From positions 26,230 to 90,229 of the forward strand of contig JAUCBJ010003590.1 of assembly GCA_032718475.1 (NCBI GenBank): 64,000 bases of DNA, read 5' to 3'. The notes below the pieces were generated by a model, which saw only the letters and a list, made by a program, of their open reading frames with translations, did not search any database and was not told the DNA's origin. Positions 36,755 to 48,961 of this stretch are shown here, piece after piece (the first letter of the stretch is position 1; each line of letters starts with the position of its first letter). This DNA is from Nemertoderma westbladi (taxonomy: Eukaryota > Animalia > Xenacoelomorpha). Both the position numbers and the translations under genes were made by a program.

Positions 36755-38419
36755 TACTACTAGGATCGGCATGCTGCATTGCAGCTGCATTTTTAAGAAT
36801 GCTGTGCCGGCTTGTCAACAAAATTGCACCGCCACAACTCCCTATCACCCATGACATTTGCTAGATCATCCGCATCTTTAAGGCCAGTGTCCTTTAAGAT
36901 GCGTCTCAAGAAAGTCATGGGCTGTCCACCATGCTCATTCACTCCATTACAGTCTTGTATAGAGCTCCTGTATTTCCTACGAAAGATAATATGGTCTATC
37001 TGGGACTTGTGACCACTGGGTCCACTATGAGTCCATAGCTTTCCAGTTCGCTTCTTGAACTGGGTTCCAGCCGAAAACAATCCATTTCCAGAGATAAAAT
37101 CCTGAAGATGGACAGAATTTCGGTTAACACTATTGCTATAGACCCAGCGCGATGTAGGTGATTGATGCAGACTTGCATTAAAGTCTCCCAGGAATGTTAA
37201 AGAATGCATGCTGATCCACTCCATCAGTAGCTGCTTGTAGATTGTGGTAGAAATTTTCCACCTCTTCTACAGGGGCAACACTAGTTGGGGAGTAGCACAC
37301 AATCAGAACCACCTTAGGAAACTTCTTAGCCAGTCTTCCAGAACATGAGAAGTGGCAACGGATGATGCGGTTAGAGATTTGGTATATTTTGTCCAATGCT
37401 GCATGTGCAGTTGGATTCATCAATAGACCAATTCCACCATTGCCACTATCATCTGCTGACGCGAGGGCGAGTCGCCAACCGCCCCCCATGTCCTTAATCA
37501 GAACCTCATCAGTCTGTCCAGTCTGCATTCGGTGCTCTTGAACACCCACTGCGCTAAGAAAAAGCTTATCTGCCGATGCAGTCAGCTCACCTTGTCGCAT
37601 TGGGGACCCGAGTGTTAGGGTGTTTACTGAGGCTAGTCTTGTGACTTGCCTCAGATTCACCAATGGCTTTGTTGGTCGGGGTGGAACATGAGAGTAGCCT
37701 CCAACTCCAGAATCCCTCTCCCCATCACAATCTGGCCTTCCTGGTGACCCAGGGTTTGGGCCAGAAAGGTCATCAGGAAAGGGACTCAAAGAATTGTTGG
37801 CTGCTCTCTCTCTCCAGTAGGGGGTGAGACAGGCAGCCGGTCAGGAGTTAACTGACGCCTGTGAAGCCGATTGTGTCCGGTAATTCCACTGGCCTCTAGT
37901 GGCCGGACCTCCGCATTGCTAATGTAATCCATAGTGGGGGTTGGGGGGTGCTTTTTTGCCGAGTCAGCTCTCGGGGCAAATACCACACCCTGGTTTGCCA
38001 TTCCACAGGGTGGGTGTCGCAATGGAGTCAGATATGAGGCCCATCACCCATATCTACTCTGGCGCACATGACCCACCATTGGCTGTTGCAGCTCATCTGC
38101 TGGGTCATGCCCTGTACCCTTGCTGCCAGGTGCAGGTCGCAGTGAAGTGCTCTCAGAGTGGACATGAGAACACTCTACTCCTGACCAGCCATTGGTAGAT
38201 CACCATCTGCCTGGTCAGGCCATATACCCCTGCAGCCAAGTATATGGGTCCTTAATCCAGGACCAAGGGCGTCCTTATCCCTGAACGAAGGGGGTCCTAG
38301 TTACAGGACCAGATTTGCCCTAGTAAGAGGGTCTATGCAGCTACAGGTGGCACCTCCTTTATGCTGCATGGAGGTGGCAAGTTTTCTTGATCAATGACCT
38401 AGAATACCTGACCTGACAA
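36755..38419 (-). mobile_element. RTE-clade LINE, internally deleted (endonuclease joined to C-terminal tail, RT absent)
   Basis: 17-bp TSD tagttata(c/g)tgacctac (36738-36754 / 38420-38436) and (TAG)n 3' tail. EN motifs VQEHR, GGIGLL, YSPT, LGDFNA, SQIDHI run directly into the RTE tail GQPMTFL..ILKDTGL...MGDRELWR. Confidence 0.85.
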
Positions 38420-39375
38420 TAGTTATAGTGACCTACCTGGTTGTGGTGCGTGTTAAACTTCCTTGATTCTGTAATATCGGCGATATATTAAGCAAATAAT
38501 AATAACAAATTGAGTTTACCAGTAGAATGTCAAATATAATGATAAATAATTATAATTCAATTATTAACACTTTGACTTTAGACCTTAGGCCTGTAATACT
38601 CACCAGTCCTTTAAACCTGACCAGAGATCAATGCCTCTGCATGGGCAATGTGACTTCTTCTGTACAACAATAACAAAAAAGTGAATAAACCACAGAACTA
38701 ATCGTATTTATATATCAGCTTATCAGTAAAGAGCATAGCCAATGATCTATTATACAAGTTGGATATGCAGATAATGGCACTAGATGGCGTCAAATCATTA
38801 GTAGGGCATATATAGACTGAACGCAACCAACTTTATCAATAAAAATGATGTTTTGAGCTTAAAATTAGCAAAATAAGTAATCCTAAAAGGCTAAGTTCAC
38901 ACTTGCATCAACAATTTCAAACGGCAAAAATCGAATTTGGTTGGATAAAACGATATTTATGAGTGTCATATTCGTAATCAGCGTCCCCCAGAAAACCCAT
39001 AATGGCAAAAAATCAGGTTGATTCTGTAATGATTTTGGTTTATCAAATTTGTGCTACTTGTATTTTTCATGCCGCACATTGACATTGACACGTATCCAAA
39101 AATGCTGTAATCAACAAGGTCGGATATTTTTCAGAGTCATATTCGTGATCAGCATCCAAGAAAAACCACATGGTCATAAAATGAATTTGTTTTCGTGGTG
39201 ATTTTTAATTATCATATTTCAACTACTTGTTTTTTTCATGCTCCAGGGGCACTAATAACTAATTTAACAAAATGCCTAAGTTGTTATATTACACAACTCT
39301 TCGATATAATTGATGTAGGTAGAGGAATAAACCTTCCCAATGAAATCCGCACATTTTAAAACATCAGTAATTTAG

Positions 39376-40059
39376 TATAGGAAGGGGTCTAGGGGTCTTA
39401 CCTCGAATGTTAAGTTTATTTTACCGAAAATAACTTATCTTTTATTGGCGCAACCGGGTAGTGTACAAATTTAGGAATCACATAATTTTTATTGAAATTA
39501 ATCTCTCCAAACCACGTACGCGTGTCGACCTTACTGGGTCTCATCGGCGTGGTGTCGGATTCGAACCTGGGACCTCGAGGTGGAAGCCGAGACAACAACC
39601 ACTAGACAACAGGTTCTTGAGATATGGAGTATTAATTTCAAAGCCAGCTGCCATTTTTTATTAGCCCCTGATTTTTATTAGTGATAGTAACAATGTGTTG
39701 GCAAGCTGTGTTTTTGCGAGTTGTTTGTTATTATATATTTATTATAGGAAGGGATCTATGGGTCTTAACCTCGAATGATAAGTTCATTTTATCGAAAATA
39801 ATTCATTGGTTATTGGCCAAATTGGAGGACTAATCCCATTACATGCGTACTTTTTAACCGGGTAGTGTACAAATTTAGGAATATTTGTACACTACACGGT
39901 TAAAAAGTACGCATGTGATGGGATTAGACCTACAATTGCGCCAATAAAATATAAGTTATTTTCGGTAAAATAAACTGATCATTCGAGGTAAGACCCCTTC
40001 CTATAATAAATGTATTATAACAAACACCTCGAAAAACACAGCTTGCCAACACATTGTTA
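39376..40059. repeat. ~367-bp tandem unit followed by an inverted copy, forming a ~370-bp hairpin (39688-40059)
   Basis: tataggaaggg.tcta.gggtctt..cctcgaatg at 39376 and 39743. Arms taacaatgtgttggcaagctg...gtagtgtacaaat and atttgtacactac...gcttgccaacacattgtta are separated by ~8 bp. Confidence 0.8.
39546..39613 (-). other. tRNA-derived (SINE-head-like) segment
   Basis: Minus-strand A-box-like tgtctagtgg and B-box ggttcgaatcc at tRNA spacing; stems degraded. Confidence 0.55.
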
Positions 40060-40504
40060 ATGGCCAAGTTAGCACTTTTGAAAAAAGTGCTACTTTCGCT
40101 TTTGGTGCTCTTTTAGTATCTATTGATAATAAAATGAAAGTTTTGCTTCTAATCTTGCATTCGATTACTAATACGAATTCAACAAAACAAAAAAGCATAG
40201 GCCTAGTATGGCTTAATGGTTATACCAAAGTCTTGAAGGGTGGTATATTTTGTGTAATTTTATCAATTTCGAAAGGTTCCGATATGTATCTCAGAAGACC
40301 TCTAGTTAGAGGAACTCCTCATATCTCGAAAACTACTGGAGCTATTCAATTTTTATTTGTCTTATCTGAAAGAGGACATTATTTTAGTTAGGGACAAGTA
40401 CTTTCGACGCGCTAGACATATTGTTTCCGGGGTACTATCTAAGAGAAATAACTGGCCCACTAAATTTAGGGGCTTTGCAGCAGCTTGGCGGGTCGTATCT
40501 ATAG
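40060..40504 (-). repeat. Helentron/HINE-like repeat, inverted copy of 29069-29515
   Basis: aactggcccactaaattt.ggggctttgcagcagcttggcgggtcgtatctat, with subterminal hairpin agcactttt-gaa-aaaagtgct (40071-40091). Confidence 0.65.
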
Positions 40505-40715
40505 TAGGTCATGAGCTAGTTTTTTGTAATTTTTTTATAAATGTTATAGAACACGTGTTAGCTATCAATTTTGATAAAAATTATTTTTCTAGAACACATT
40601 TTTTATTTATTATACTAGTTCGATTTTTCTACTACTGTAGAAAGGCATTTCCTAAAGGAAATGCAACCACGAATCTAAAGAAAATTAAACAAACTTTGAC
40701 TCATCAGTTCATTGC

Positions 40716-43569
40716 TTTACCGAGTTTTGAGGCACATGCCTAAATTAAACTCCATTACCATGGCAACTGGAATTTTCTAGAACTGCAGAGTTTTACATTT
40801 GAAATTTGGTTCCAGTTGACACACATCGACTTCAAGGAAGTTTTATTGAGTAGTTTACGTCCAAAATGTATGATTTATTATTTAAAACGTCTGTTTGCAG
40901 TGGTTGTCGTGGAAACTGGGAAATAGAACAATGTAAATTGGATGCAGAATGAGTGATATAGTCACGGTAGGTTTTTGTCCCAAGTCGTAATACCTTAATG
41001 TTATGGTTCATATAATCATTTTATAAATTTGAACATTTGTTTAGCCTGGTTTCCCTGGTAACTGAATTTTCTATTTAACCTCAATAGGCGCAACTATTGT
41101 CCTTATCATTGAGTTGAATAACTTCAAGTTTCGATCTATTATGGTTCGGTTTTGCTACAAATAGAGTTAATAACAAAGACTTGATTGTAATTTTTAATAA
41201 ACTCTAGTTTAGCATGGTAACTAGATATTTCTGGAAGTTTTAAGTTTTACCAAAAGTTCCAAATAGGAGTCCAGATAACAAATACCCAGTTTCGGAGAAT
41301 GTTATCGTGAAGTCTATGTTCAAATTGTACAATTTTGTGTCAAAACATCTGTTTGCAGCGGTTACCATGGAAACTGAAAAATATTACAATGTAATTCGGA
41401 CGCAGATATGTGATATAGTGGGGGTATATAATACCTTAACCGTATGCTCCAAATTATCATTTTAAAAATTTGAACATCTGTTTATCCTGGTTGCCACGGT
41501 AACTGAAAAATCTAGTTTACCTCAATCGGCTCTGCTATGGCCCTTATACTGTACTTAGGTTGAGAAACCCAAGTGTATATTATAGTTTTCCCACAAATAG
41601 AGTTATAAATATTGACTTGAAATACATACAGTATACTTTTTTTCTAAGCCATGGAAACCAGATTTTTACCAGATATGAGACCCATCCCAAAAGTTTAGCC
41701 TTGGTGCGTAGTATATATGAGCGAAAGTTGTTGATTTTCCTTAGTTTCGTGGACCTGTTCTTTCTCAACCCAGTCCACCTTTTTCAAATTTGAAAAAGGT
41801 AGACAACAAAGCTGAAAAGGGTGGGCATGCTGTGTGACGCAACTCGCCCGTGTTTGGTCTGCCCATTGTCCCTTTTTCAAACACCCTACTTGAAACCTGA
41901 CTGTACCCCGCCCTGTGCCCTGTACCTGGTACCTATGCACCCTGAATTTACCATACAGGGTGACAGGTAAGCCTGACAACTGCCATACAGCCATATGCTG
42001 ATATGCGTCCCGTACCCGTACCGCAACGCAGTACCGTAGGCAGGTAGGCATAAACTGATAAAACCTTCTTGTTCTGCAGTCTGGCAGTTGCAGTACTGAC
42101 TGACTGACCTACAACACTCCAACCTGCCAACAGTACAAACTGTTTACCGAGTTTTGAGGCACATGCCTAAATTAAACTCCATTACCATGGCAACTGGAAT
42201 TTTCTAGAACTGCAGAGTTTTACATTTGAAATTTGGTTCCAGTTGACACACATCGACTTCAAGGAAGTTTTATTGAGTAGTTTACGTCCAAAATGTATGA
42301 TTTATTATTTAAAACGTCTGTTTGCAGTGGTTGTCGTGGAAACTGGGAAATAGAACAATGTAAATTGGATGCAGAATGAGTGATATAGTCACGGTAGGTT
42401 TTTGTCCCAAGTCGTAATACCTTAATGTTATGGTTCATATAATCATTTTATAAATTTGAACATTTGTTTAGCCTGGTTTCCCTGGTAACTGAATTTTCTA
42501 TTTAACCTCAATAGGCGCAACTATTGTCCTTATCATTGAGTTGAATAACTTCAAGTTTCGATCTATTATGGTTCGGTTTTGCTACAAATAGAGTTAATAA
42601 CAAAGACTTGATTGTAATTTTTAATAAACTCTAGTTTAGCATGGTAACTAGATATTTCTGGAAGTTTTAAGTTTTACCAAAAGTTCCAAATAGGAGTCCA
42701 GATAACAAATACCCAGTTTCGGAGAATGTTATCGTGAAGTCTATGTTCAAATTGTACAATTTTGTGTCAAAACATCTGTTTGCAGCGGTTACCATGGAAA
42801 CTGAAAAATATTACAATGTAATTCGGACGCAGATATGTGATATAGTGGGGGTATATAATACCTTAACCGTATGCTCCAAATTATCATTTTAAAAATTTGA
42901 ACATCTGTTTATCCTGGTTGCCACGGTAACTGAAAAATCTAGTTTACCTCAATCGGCTCTGCTATGGCCCTTATACTGTACTTAGGTTGAGAAACCCAAG
43001 TGTATATTATAGTTTTCCCACAAATAGAGTTATAAATATTGACTTGAAATACATACAGTATACTTTTTTTCTAAGCCATGGAAACCAGATTTTTACCAGA
43101 TATGAGACCCATCCCAAAAGTTTAGCCTTGGTGCGTAGTATATATGAGCGAAAGTTGTTGATTTTCCTTAGTTTCGTGGACCTGTTCTTTCTCAACCCAG
43201 TCCACCTTTTTCAAATTTGAAAAAGGTAGACAACAAAGCTGAAAAGGGTGGGCATGCTGTGTGACGCAACTCGCCCGTGTTTGGTCTGCCCATTGTCCCT
43301 TTTTCAAACACCCTACTTGAAACCTGACTGTACCCCGCCCTGTGCCCTGTACCTGGTACCTATGCACCCTGAATTTACCATACAGGGTGACAGGTAAGCC
43401 TGACAACTGCCATACAGCCATATGCTGATATGCGTCCCGTACCCGTACCGCAACGCAGTACCGTAGGCAGGTAGGCATAAACTGATAAAACCTTCTTGTT
43501 CTGCAGTCTGGCAGTTGCAGTACTGACTGACTGACCTACAACACTCCAACCTGCCAACAGTACAAACTG
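40716..43569. repeat. Apparently identical 1427-bp tandem duplication (40716-42142, 42143-43569) ending 5 bp before the KANSL3 ATG
   Basis: Identical ORF translations offset by 1427 bp (41560/42987, 41695/43122); junction cagtacaaactg|tttaccgag. Confidence 0.95.
40750..41804. repeat. ~150-bp periodic repeat with GTTnCCATGGnAAC-like palindromes and a terminal 24-bp palindrome (Helentron-like satellite core)
   Basis: Motifs at ~40754, 40903, 41049, 41207, 41360, 41490 and 41645; acctttttcaaa|tttgaaaaaggt at 41777-41800. Duplicated at +1427. Confidence 0.6.
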
Positions 43570-43574
43570 TCAAC

Positions 43575-44363
43575 ATGCCTGAACAGTACGACATATTTCT
43601 TGACCACAACTACACTAAACCGAACAGCGACGGTATCAGCTGCGGCAGAGGACCGGCGCCGACACGCTATCTGTTCATGGATCACCCGAACGCGGTAAAA
43701 CAATCCGTAATCGAATGTCTGGAACCGTCGGACGCGGGAGTCGACGTTGACGTTGAGGGCCTAGACCCCGAGAAGGAGGCGGAATTCGACGCCGAAAAAG
43801 CCCGACTGCTCGCCAGCGATTGGCTGAGCACTCTACGACACCTGCGATACGAATCGATCGGAGACGATTGGGAGGATTTTGTAAACAAATCCGACTGGAG
43901 CAGCGCGCAGGCCAAACTGTTCTTCAAGGCGAAACGATCCCTGGAGATGGGCCGTCTCGCGATGCTAGCCAACTCGGGGCGCCCCGACGATATCATCCAA
44001 CACCAACTGAATGCGGACCGCACTTCCCGACGGTTGCGCCAACTCCTCGCTTCCATCGCCTGGGAACCGCAACTCATTACCTGGCTTCACAACGCCCTAC
44101 TCACACATCTCAGCGACTCGCTATTGGTCGCTTATCTGGAGGCTCTTCAGACTCTCACCACTAAGTGCACCGCTCTGGCCTCCCGTATTATCGGGACTAA
44201 TTCCACGATGGAAGGGTTGTTAGTTAAACCCTGGGATCCCGTATCCGCCAGTCTCACTCACACCAAGTACGATAAACTCCCGTTGAATCCGGTCATCGTT
44301 ATTATTCCCAACGGCCCGTTAGGTCCGATAAACGACAAAAACAATACGAGACATAAGTTTTGG
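43575..44363 (+). CDS. KANSL3: KAT8 regulatory NSL complex subunit 3, coding exon 1
   Basis: DHNYTKP...PTRYLF, DWEDFVNKSDWS..Q.KLF, R.RQLLASIAWEPQLITWLH..L, YLEALQTL..K, KPWDP are KANSL3/Rcd1 motifs. Donor tgg|gtaagt, phase 0. Confidence 0.88.
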
Positions 44364-45076
44364 GTAAGTTAATTTATCCTAATTAATTAATAGGCGTACT
44401 TCCTACCTCAATACATATCACTGTATTTATTATAATAATACAGTAATAATAATATCGTTAACAGTGTGTGTTGGGTGTGTGTACAATTGACAACGTTATC
44501 CAGGCCTAGAGTTTTATATGTACTGATGTATTCGCTGTAATTTATTATATTTTTATGTAGATAAATTTGGTAGCTAGCGATTTTAATCAGCAGTTTCATC
44601 AATATAAACCTTTTGCATATTCTAAAAGTTAGCAGACCTAAATAAACTATTACCGGGTACCACCTTTATTACCACCTTTACCTGTATTTGGTCACCACAC
44701 CATAGAAGAGTTCATCTAATGATTATTATTGACCAACAACTTTCTATTGTTGAGAAATTGTTCTAATATGAATAATATTGGCAGATTGGGCAGGGGATTA
44801 TCCTGTTTCCAAACAAATCCAAAACCAAAACCAAAACAATAAACGTGAGGAATGTTGTAGAATAGAAAATCAAATTTAAAACCAAATTTAATTGAGAGTC
44901 AACAGTCAGATGTATAGACCTACCGGAACTCTGAATAGACTGGAGGCCGCCAAACAGGATAGAGCCCTGGGCATGGGCAGGCATGTAAGGTAAGAAGCAT
45001 CTGCCGATACCAAATAGAGGTTGATACTTGAAACGATAACGATTAGCTGAAAGTGGCGAATATCTTCTAGAAAATT

Positions 45077-45310
45077 ATTAAGTAATATAAACAGGACTTA
45101 GGATAATCCAACTCTATAGCAAATGGAGCGGAAAAAATGAATTCGCCAACAGCGGGGATCGAACCCGCGTCTCCCGATAAACGTTCAGGTATGCTAACCA
45201 CTACACCACGGAGGCTCCTGCATCTTTCCGATTGATTTGCTATAGGTGGGAAGCTAACTTACGGTTGCTATTGAATACAGTCCGAACCCCCAACGGATGG
45301 ATTTAATCTG
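45077..45310 (-). mobile_element. 234-bp insertion containing a tRNA-like cloverleaf (45144-45215), flanked by a 16-bp direct repeat
   Basis: tatcttctagaaaatt at 45061-45076 and 45311-45326. Minus strand gcctccgtggtgtagtggttagcatacctgaacgtttatcgggagacgcgggttcgatccccgctgttggcg, then a T6 run. Confidence 0.6.
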
Positions 45311-45458
45311 TATCTTCTAGAAAATTCGAATTGAATAGAAAAGTTATAAATAAATATTAAAATTTATTAATATGAATATGTAGGTAATATTCCATGAAAT
45401 GTTTCAATGAATGACTAAATTATTTATAAAATAAATAAATGATTATTTACATATATAT

Positions 45459-46145
45459 TATGGTGGCCCAGAAGGGACAACTTAAAAAATATTTCATTTC
45501 GAGTAAAAAAAAACGACAAAAACAAATTATTCATGAATTCTTGTTTTTGTCGTTTTTTTATGACTTTCAATATTTGTTTAGTTCGTATTTCAGTAGTTAG
45601 TGCACTAAATGTGTTATATAAATGTGCATCATATATATCTCTTTTAATGGTTTTAAATATTTCTTGATTGTTTCATGCTTTGTTAATAATTGTAATTGTG
45701 TTAACTTTTTTAATAAAAAAAAAATCATTTCAAATGAATCAAAATCTTTTGTTATGTTCTTATGGGGGGTTATTATGGGGGGGGGGGGGGGGGGGGGTAA
45801 CAAATACAATGATATATGATATATAATTACACCTTAATACAGTAGTATTTAAACTTACAGTACAATAATTGGCCTTCTCAAATTTCGAATTCCTAATAAT
45901 ACGCCGAAATTAAGATATCCATTTCTGGATTTACCAAAACAAGCATGTAGGTAGGCCTAAAGTCTGTTTTAAATCTCCCTCTCAAAACCTTCCCTACTTA
46001 AAACCGAATTTCGTTTTTGTCGTTTTTTTTATTTGTGGTGAAATAAATAAAACGACAAAAACAAGAATTCATGAATAATTCGTTTTGTCGTTTTTTTTTA
46101 CTCGAAATGAAATATTTTTTAAGTTGTCCCTTCTGGGCCACCATA
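45459..46145. mobile_element. Non-autonomous DNA transposon (MITE), IS3EU-like termini
   Basis: ~100-bp TIRs TATGGTGGCCCAGAAGGGACAAC / GTTGTCCCTTCTGGGCCACCATA, inserted in a (TA)n tract, so TSD length is ambiguous. Superfamily is inferred from the TAYGG terminus only. Confidence 0.7.
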
Positions 46146-47184
46146 TATATATACCCCTTTTCAATATTATTGAATAAAAAGTTAGATTCCTTTTGTAGTT
46201 GTATAATACACCGAGGACCAGGGGAGTGCTGGCTAGGTGGGAACCTAGCGAAAAGTTATAGGAAAGAGGGACCCTCAATATGACATACATTTTCTATTAT
46301 TACTATTATTATTATATATAATATTATTAATATATTATAATACATTATTATTACTATTACTATGTATAATGAAAGGTCGATTATCTCCAAATATTTTTTT
46401 TATGAAATTGTCAACTTCAAAACCCTACTACTTCTACAATTATGGTGCAATTAGTCTGAAACTTTCTGTGGGTGTCTACATAGCCACCCTGCATAAATGT
46501 ATCAGACAACTTTTTTAAATTTTTTTGTTAATAAAATTTTTAATACTATTTATAACAAACCTAAAAATTAGGCATAAATTTGCAGCGCCACCAGGCGGTG
46601 CAGAATTATTTTCACAAAATTTCGCCTGATAGTTGCCCCATCGTTGATCTATCATATAAAAAAACTTTTTTTATTTATTAACTCATAATATGAGAGAAAA
46701 ATTTTATTTTTCGCTATTTAATATTATTAAATAGCGAAAAATAAAATTTTTCTTACGTATCATGTAGAATAGCATCTTAGGTACCCCTACTCCATCTTAT
46801 ATCTTACGATCTTCTTAATACATCTTATATCTTACCTTATGTATTCCAAATTATAGCCAACAACAAACAATTTTGAAATTCTGGGAGTGATAAATCGAAG
46901 AGTTGTCCAAAAATGGTGTTCCTCCCCACCCCACCCCATCAGCCCCCCCCCCCCCCCCCCCCCCTAAACATTTTTTTTAACATTGTTAAACATTCTATGA
47001 GGACACTGTATATCCCGGCGGGACTTTAAGTAATTTAATTATACAAAAACAAAGTAAGAAAATAAAATCTACTTTCATAAAAATCAGCGCTGTGATTAAA
47101 TAATTGAAGTATAATACAATAATTATGCGATACGATTATGAGCAATTAATACACTCTTAAGTAACGTACCAATCCAATGCACTA

Positions 47185-47560
47185 TCATTGTGGGGCGAGC
47201 CACGGAAGTAAGCGAGCTTAGCATACACGTACCACTAACTCAATCGGTGTGTCTGTGGTTCTGTCGTGTTCAATTTTAAACGTTAATAACTCAGCCAAAT
47301 CTTAATGAAATCTATCCAAACTTGGTACACATGTAGTCTGGCAAAAGTTTAGAAATTTTCCAAGTTGAATTTGTGTGTGGCCTTCGAGAAGGTAAGAGAA
47401 ATTCAGTTGATTAATTAATGATTAATTAATTAATGTTGGCTAGGGTAAAAACAGCATTTTCAACATGACTTTTAATGAGAATTAATTATTTTATAGTATA
47501 AGATATAAATAATTATACTTAACACATTGTAGGCTACTTAAAACATAACAGCGCTGAGTA
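47185..47560 (+). repeat. Probable HINE/DINE-like interspersed repeat in the KANSL3 intron
   Basis: gcgagc..gcgagc, gtgtgtctgt...taactc...aaacttggtacacatgtag pattern typical of such elements; boundaries approximate. Confidence 0.4.
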
Positions 47561-48961
47561 AGCTTATATCCCAAATAGTTTATTCCACAAAATATTGGGA
47601 TGGCTATTTTTTAATTGGATTTGTGTGGAATGAGCGTAAAAATAATATTATTATTTTTATTCAATCTTTATAATTAACTACATATTTTCACTGAGGCATT
47701 AACAGGGTTAATGAATCTTAAAATATTTAATTATCATTATCGGCTATATTTTACATTATACATTATAATTATCATTAAGATAATTTTTCATATTTCTGAC
47801 AAATTGAGCTGCCTATGATCTTCATTTTACCCATAACACAAATTCACTATCAATACCCATCTACCATCAATCTCATGTACTGCGCGGTGCCGTCTGTGCC
47901 TTTGGGTTGGGGTGCAGATTAAAAGTGCTGGCGTGCTGACGTGCTGGCCCCCTTTCTTTGATTGATTGGCATTGTGGTTAAATTTCTCAAATACTGATTT
48001 TGTGATAAAATCGCAAGATTTTAATTTGTGTATCATAACTGAGCCTCGTGCTGCGCGAAGGCCCCTCGAACGTGTTAGAATTGGATGGAAAGCCCTTTCG
48101 CTCTGCACATTCACCCCCACTGGGCCCACCAGACAGCCTATATGCATGCAGCGAGCCAAGCCAGACAACCAATATAATCAACTCATCTTCACCCTATTGG
48201 TGAATGTGAGTTGATACCTCCACCACCATGGCTATCTGCATGTAGCTGAGTCGATAGTCTGGCTGCCTGGGTAGCCGAGTCGAGGTAATAGGCCTATAGT
48301 AAATGTAACTCATTGCTTTATCCCACTACTAGGTTCACCTCAGGTTAAATAATTACATGTTCTGGAATGAATATTTACGACATTAAGGGCCCTTCTATTT
48401 TGTTTCAATGGCATTCTCTAATCAGGCATGGTCTATCTGTCTATGGATGGTCTATATGTGAGATATAAATATTTATTGAAGAGCCAGAAATTAATAAATA
48501 ATTGAGGTTGTTTTATCAGTGAGATAATGTTCAGTAAATTTCTCCCAACTTGCAGGCCCCTTCCAACTTACGGGCCCCCCGGCAGCTGCCGCTGTTGCCC
48601 CACCCCCCTCCCGCCCCCTAACCCGTCCCTGCTGGTTAGGGTTAGTTGGACAGACCTCAACCCCAACTCTAAGTCGTAATCTCAGAAATTTAGCAGAGTT
48701 TCTGACATTATCGCCAATTTCTAAAATTTAATTTTCGTTTTTGCCTTAGTCCGAAATTCCGCTAAATATATGCTATTTTGACGGTTATTGTTACAATGCA
48801 GTTTTATTCATTGCTGCTGTAACCAGCGCGTGTTCCCAACAGGACAATCCCTAAAAAAATGGGGACCCCCTACCAGATAATAATTCCGTAGTGGGGGACT
48901 TGCCAATGCCAGATTAAAAATGAAGATTCATTTCAAATGATATAATTTTTTATTATCTTAA

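Noticed and set aside
29069-40504. 11.4-kb composite transposon bounded by the inverted ~445-bp repeats
   Set aside because: The copies are well diverged, the same repeat also occurs in tandem and at 15645, and no TSD is visible; independent insertions are more likely.
45144-45215. Functional tRNA-Asn(GTT) gene
   Set aside because: Mismatched acceptor stem, no U at position 33, and it lies inside a direct-repeat-flanked insertion.
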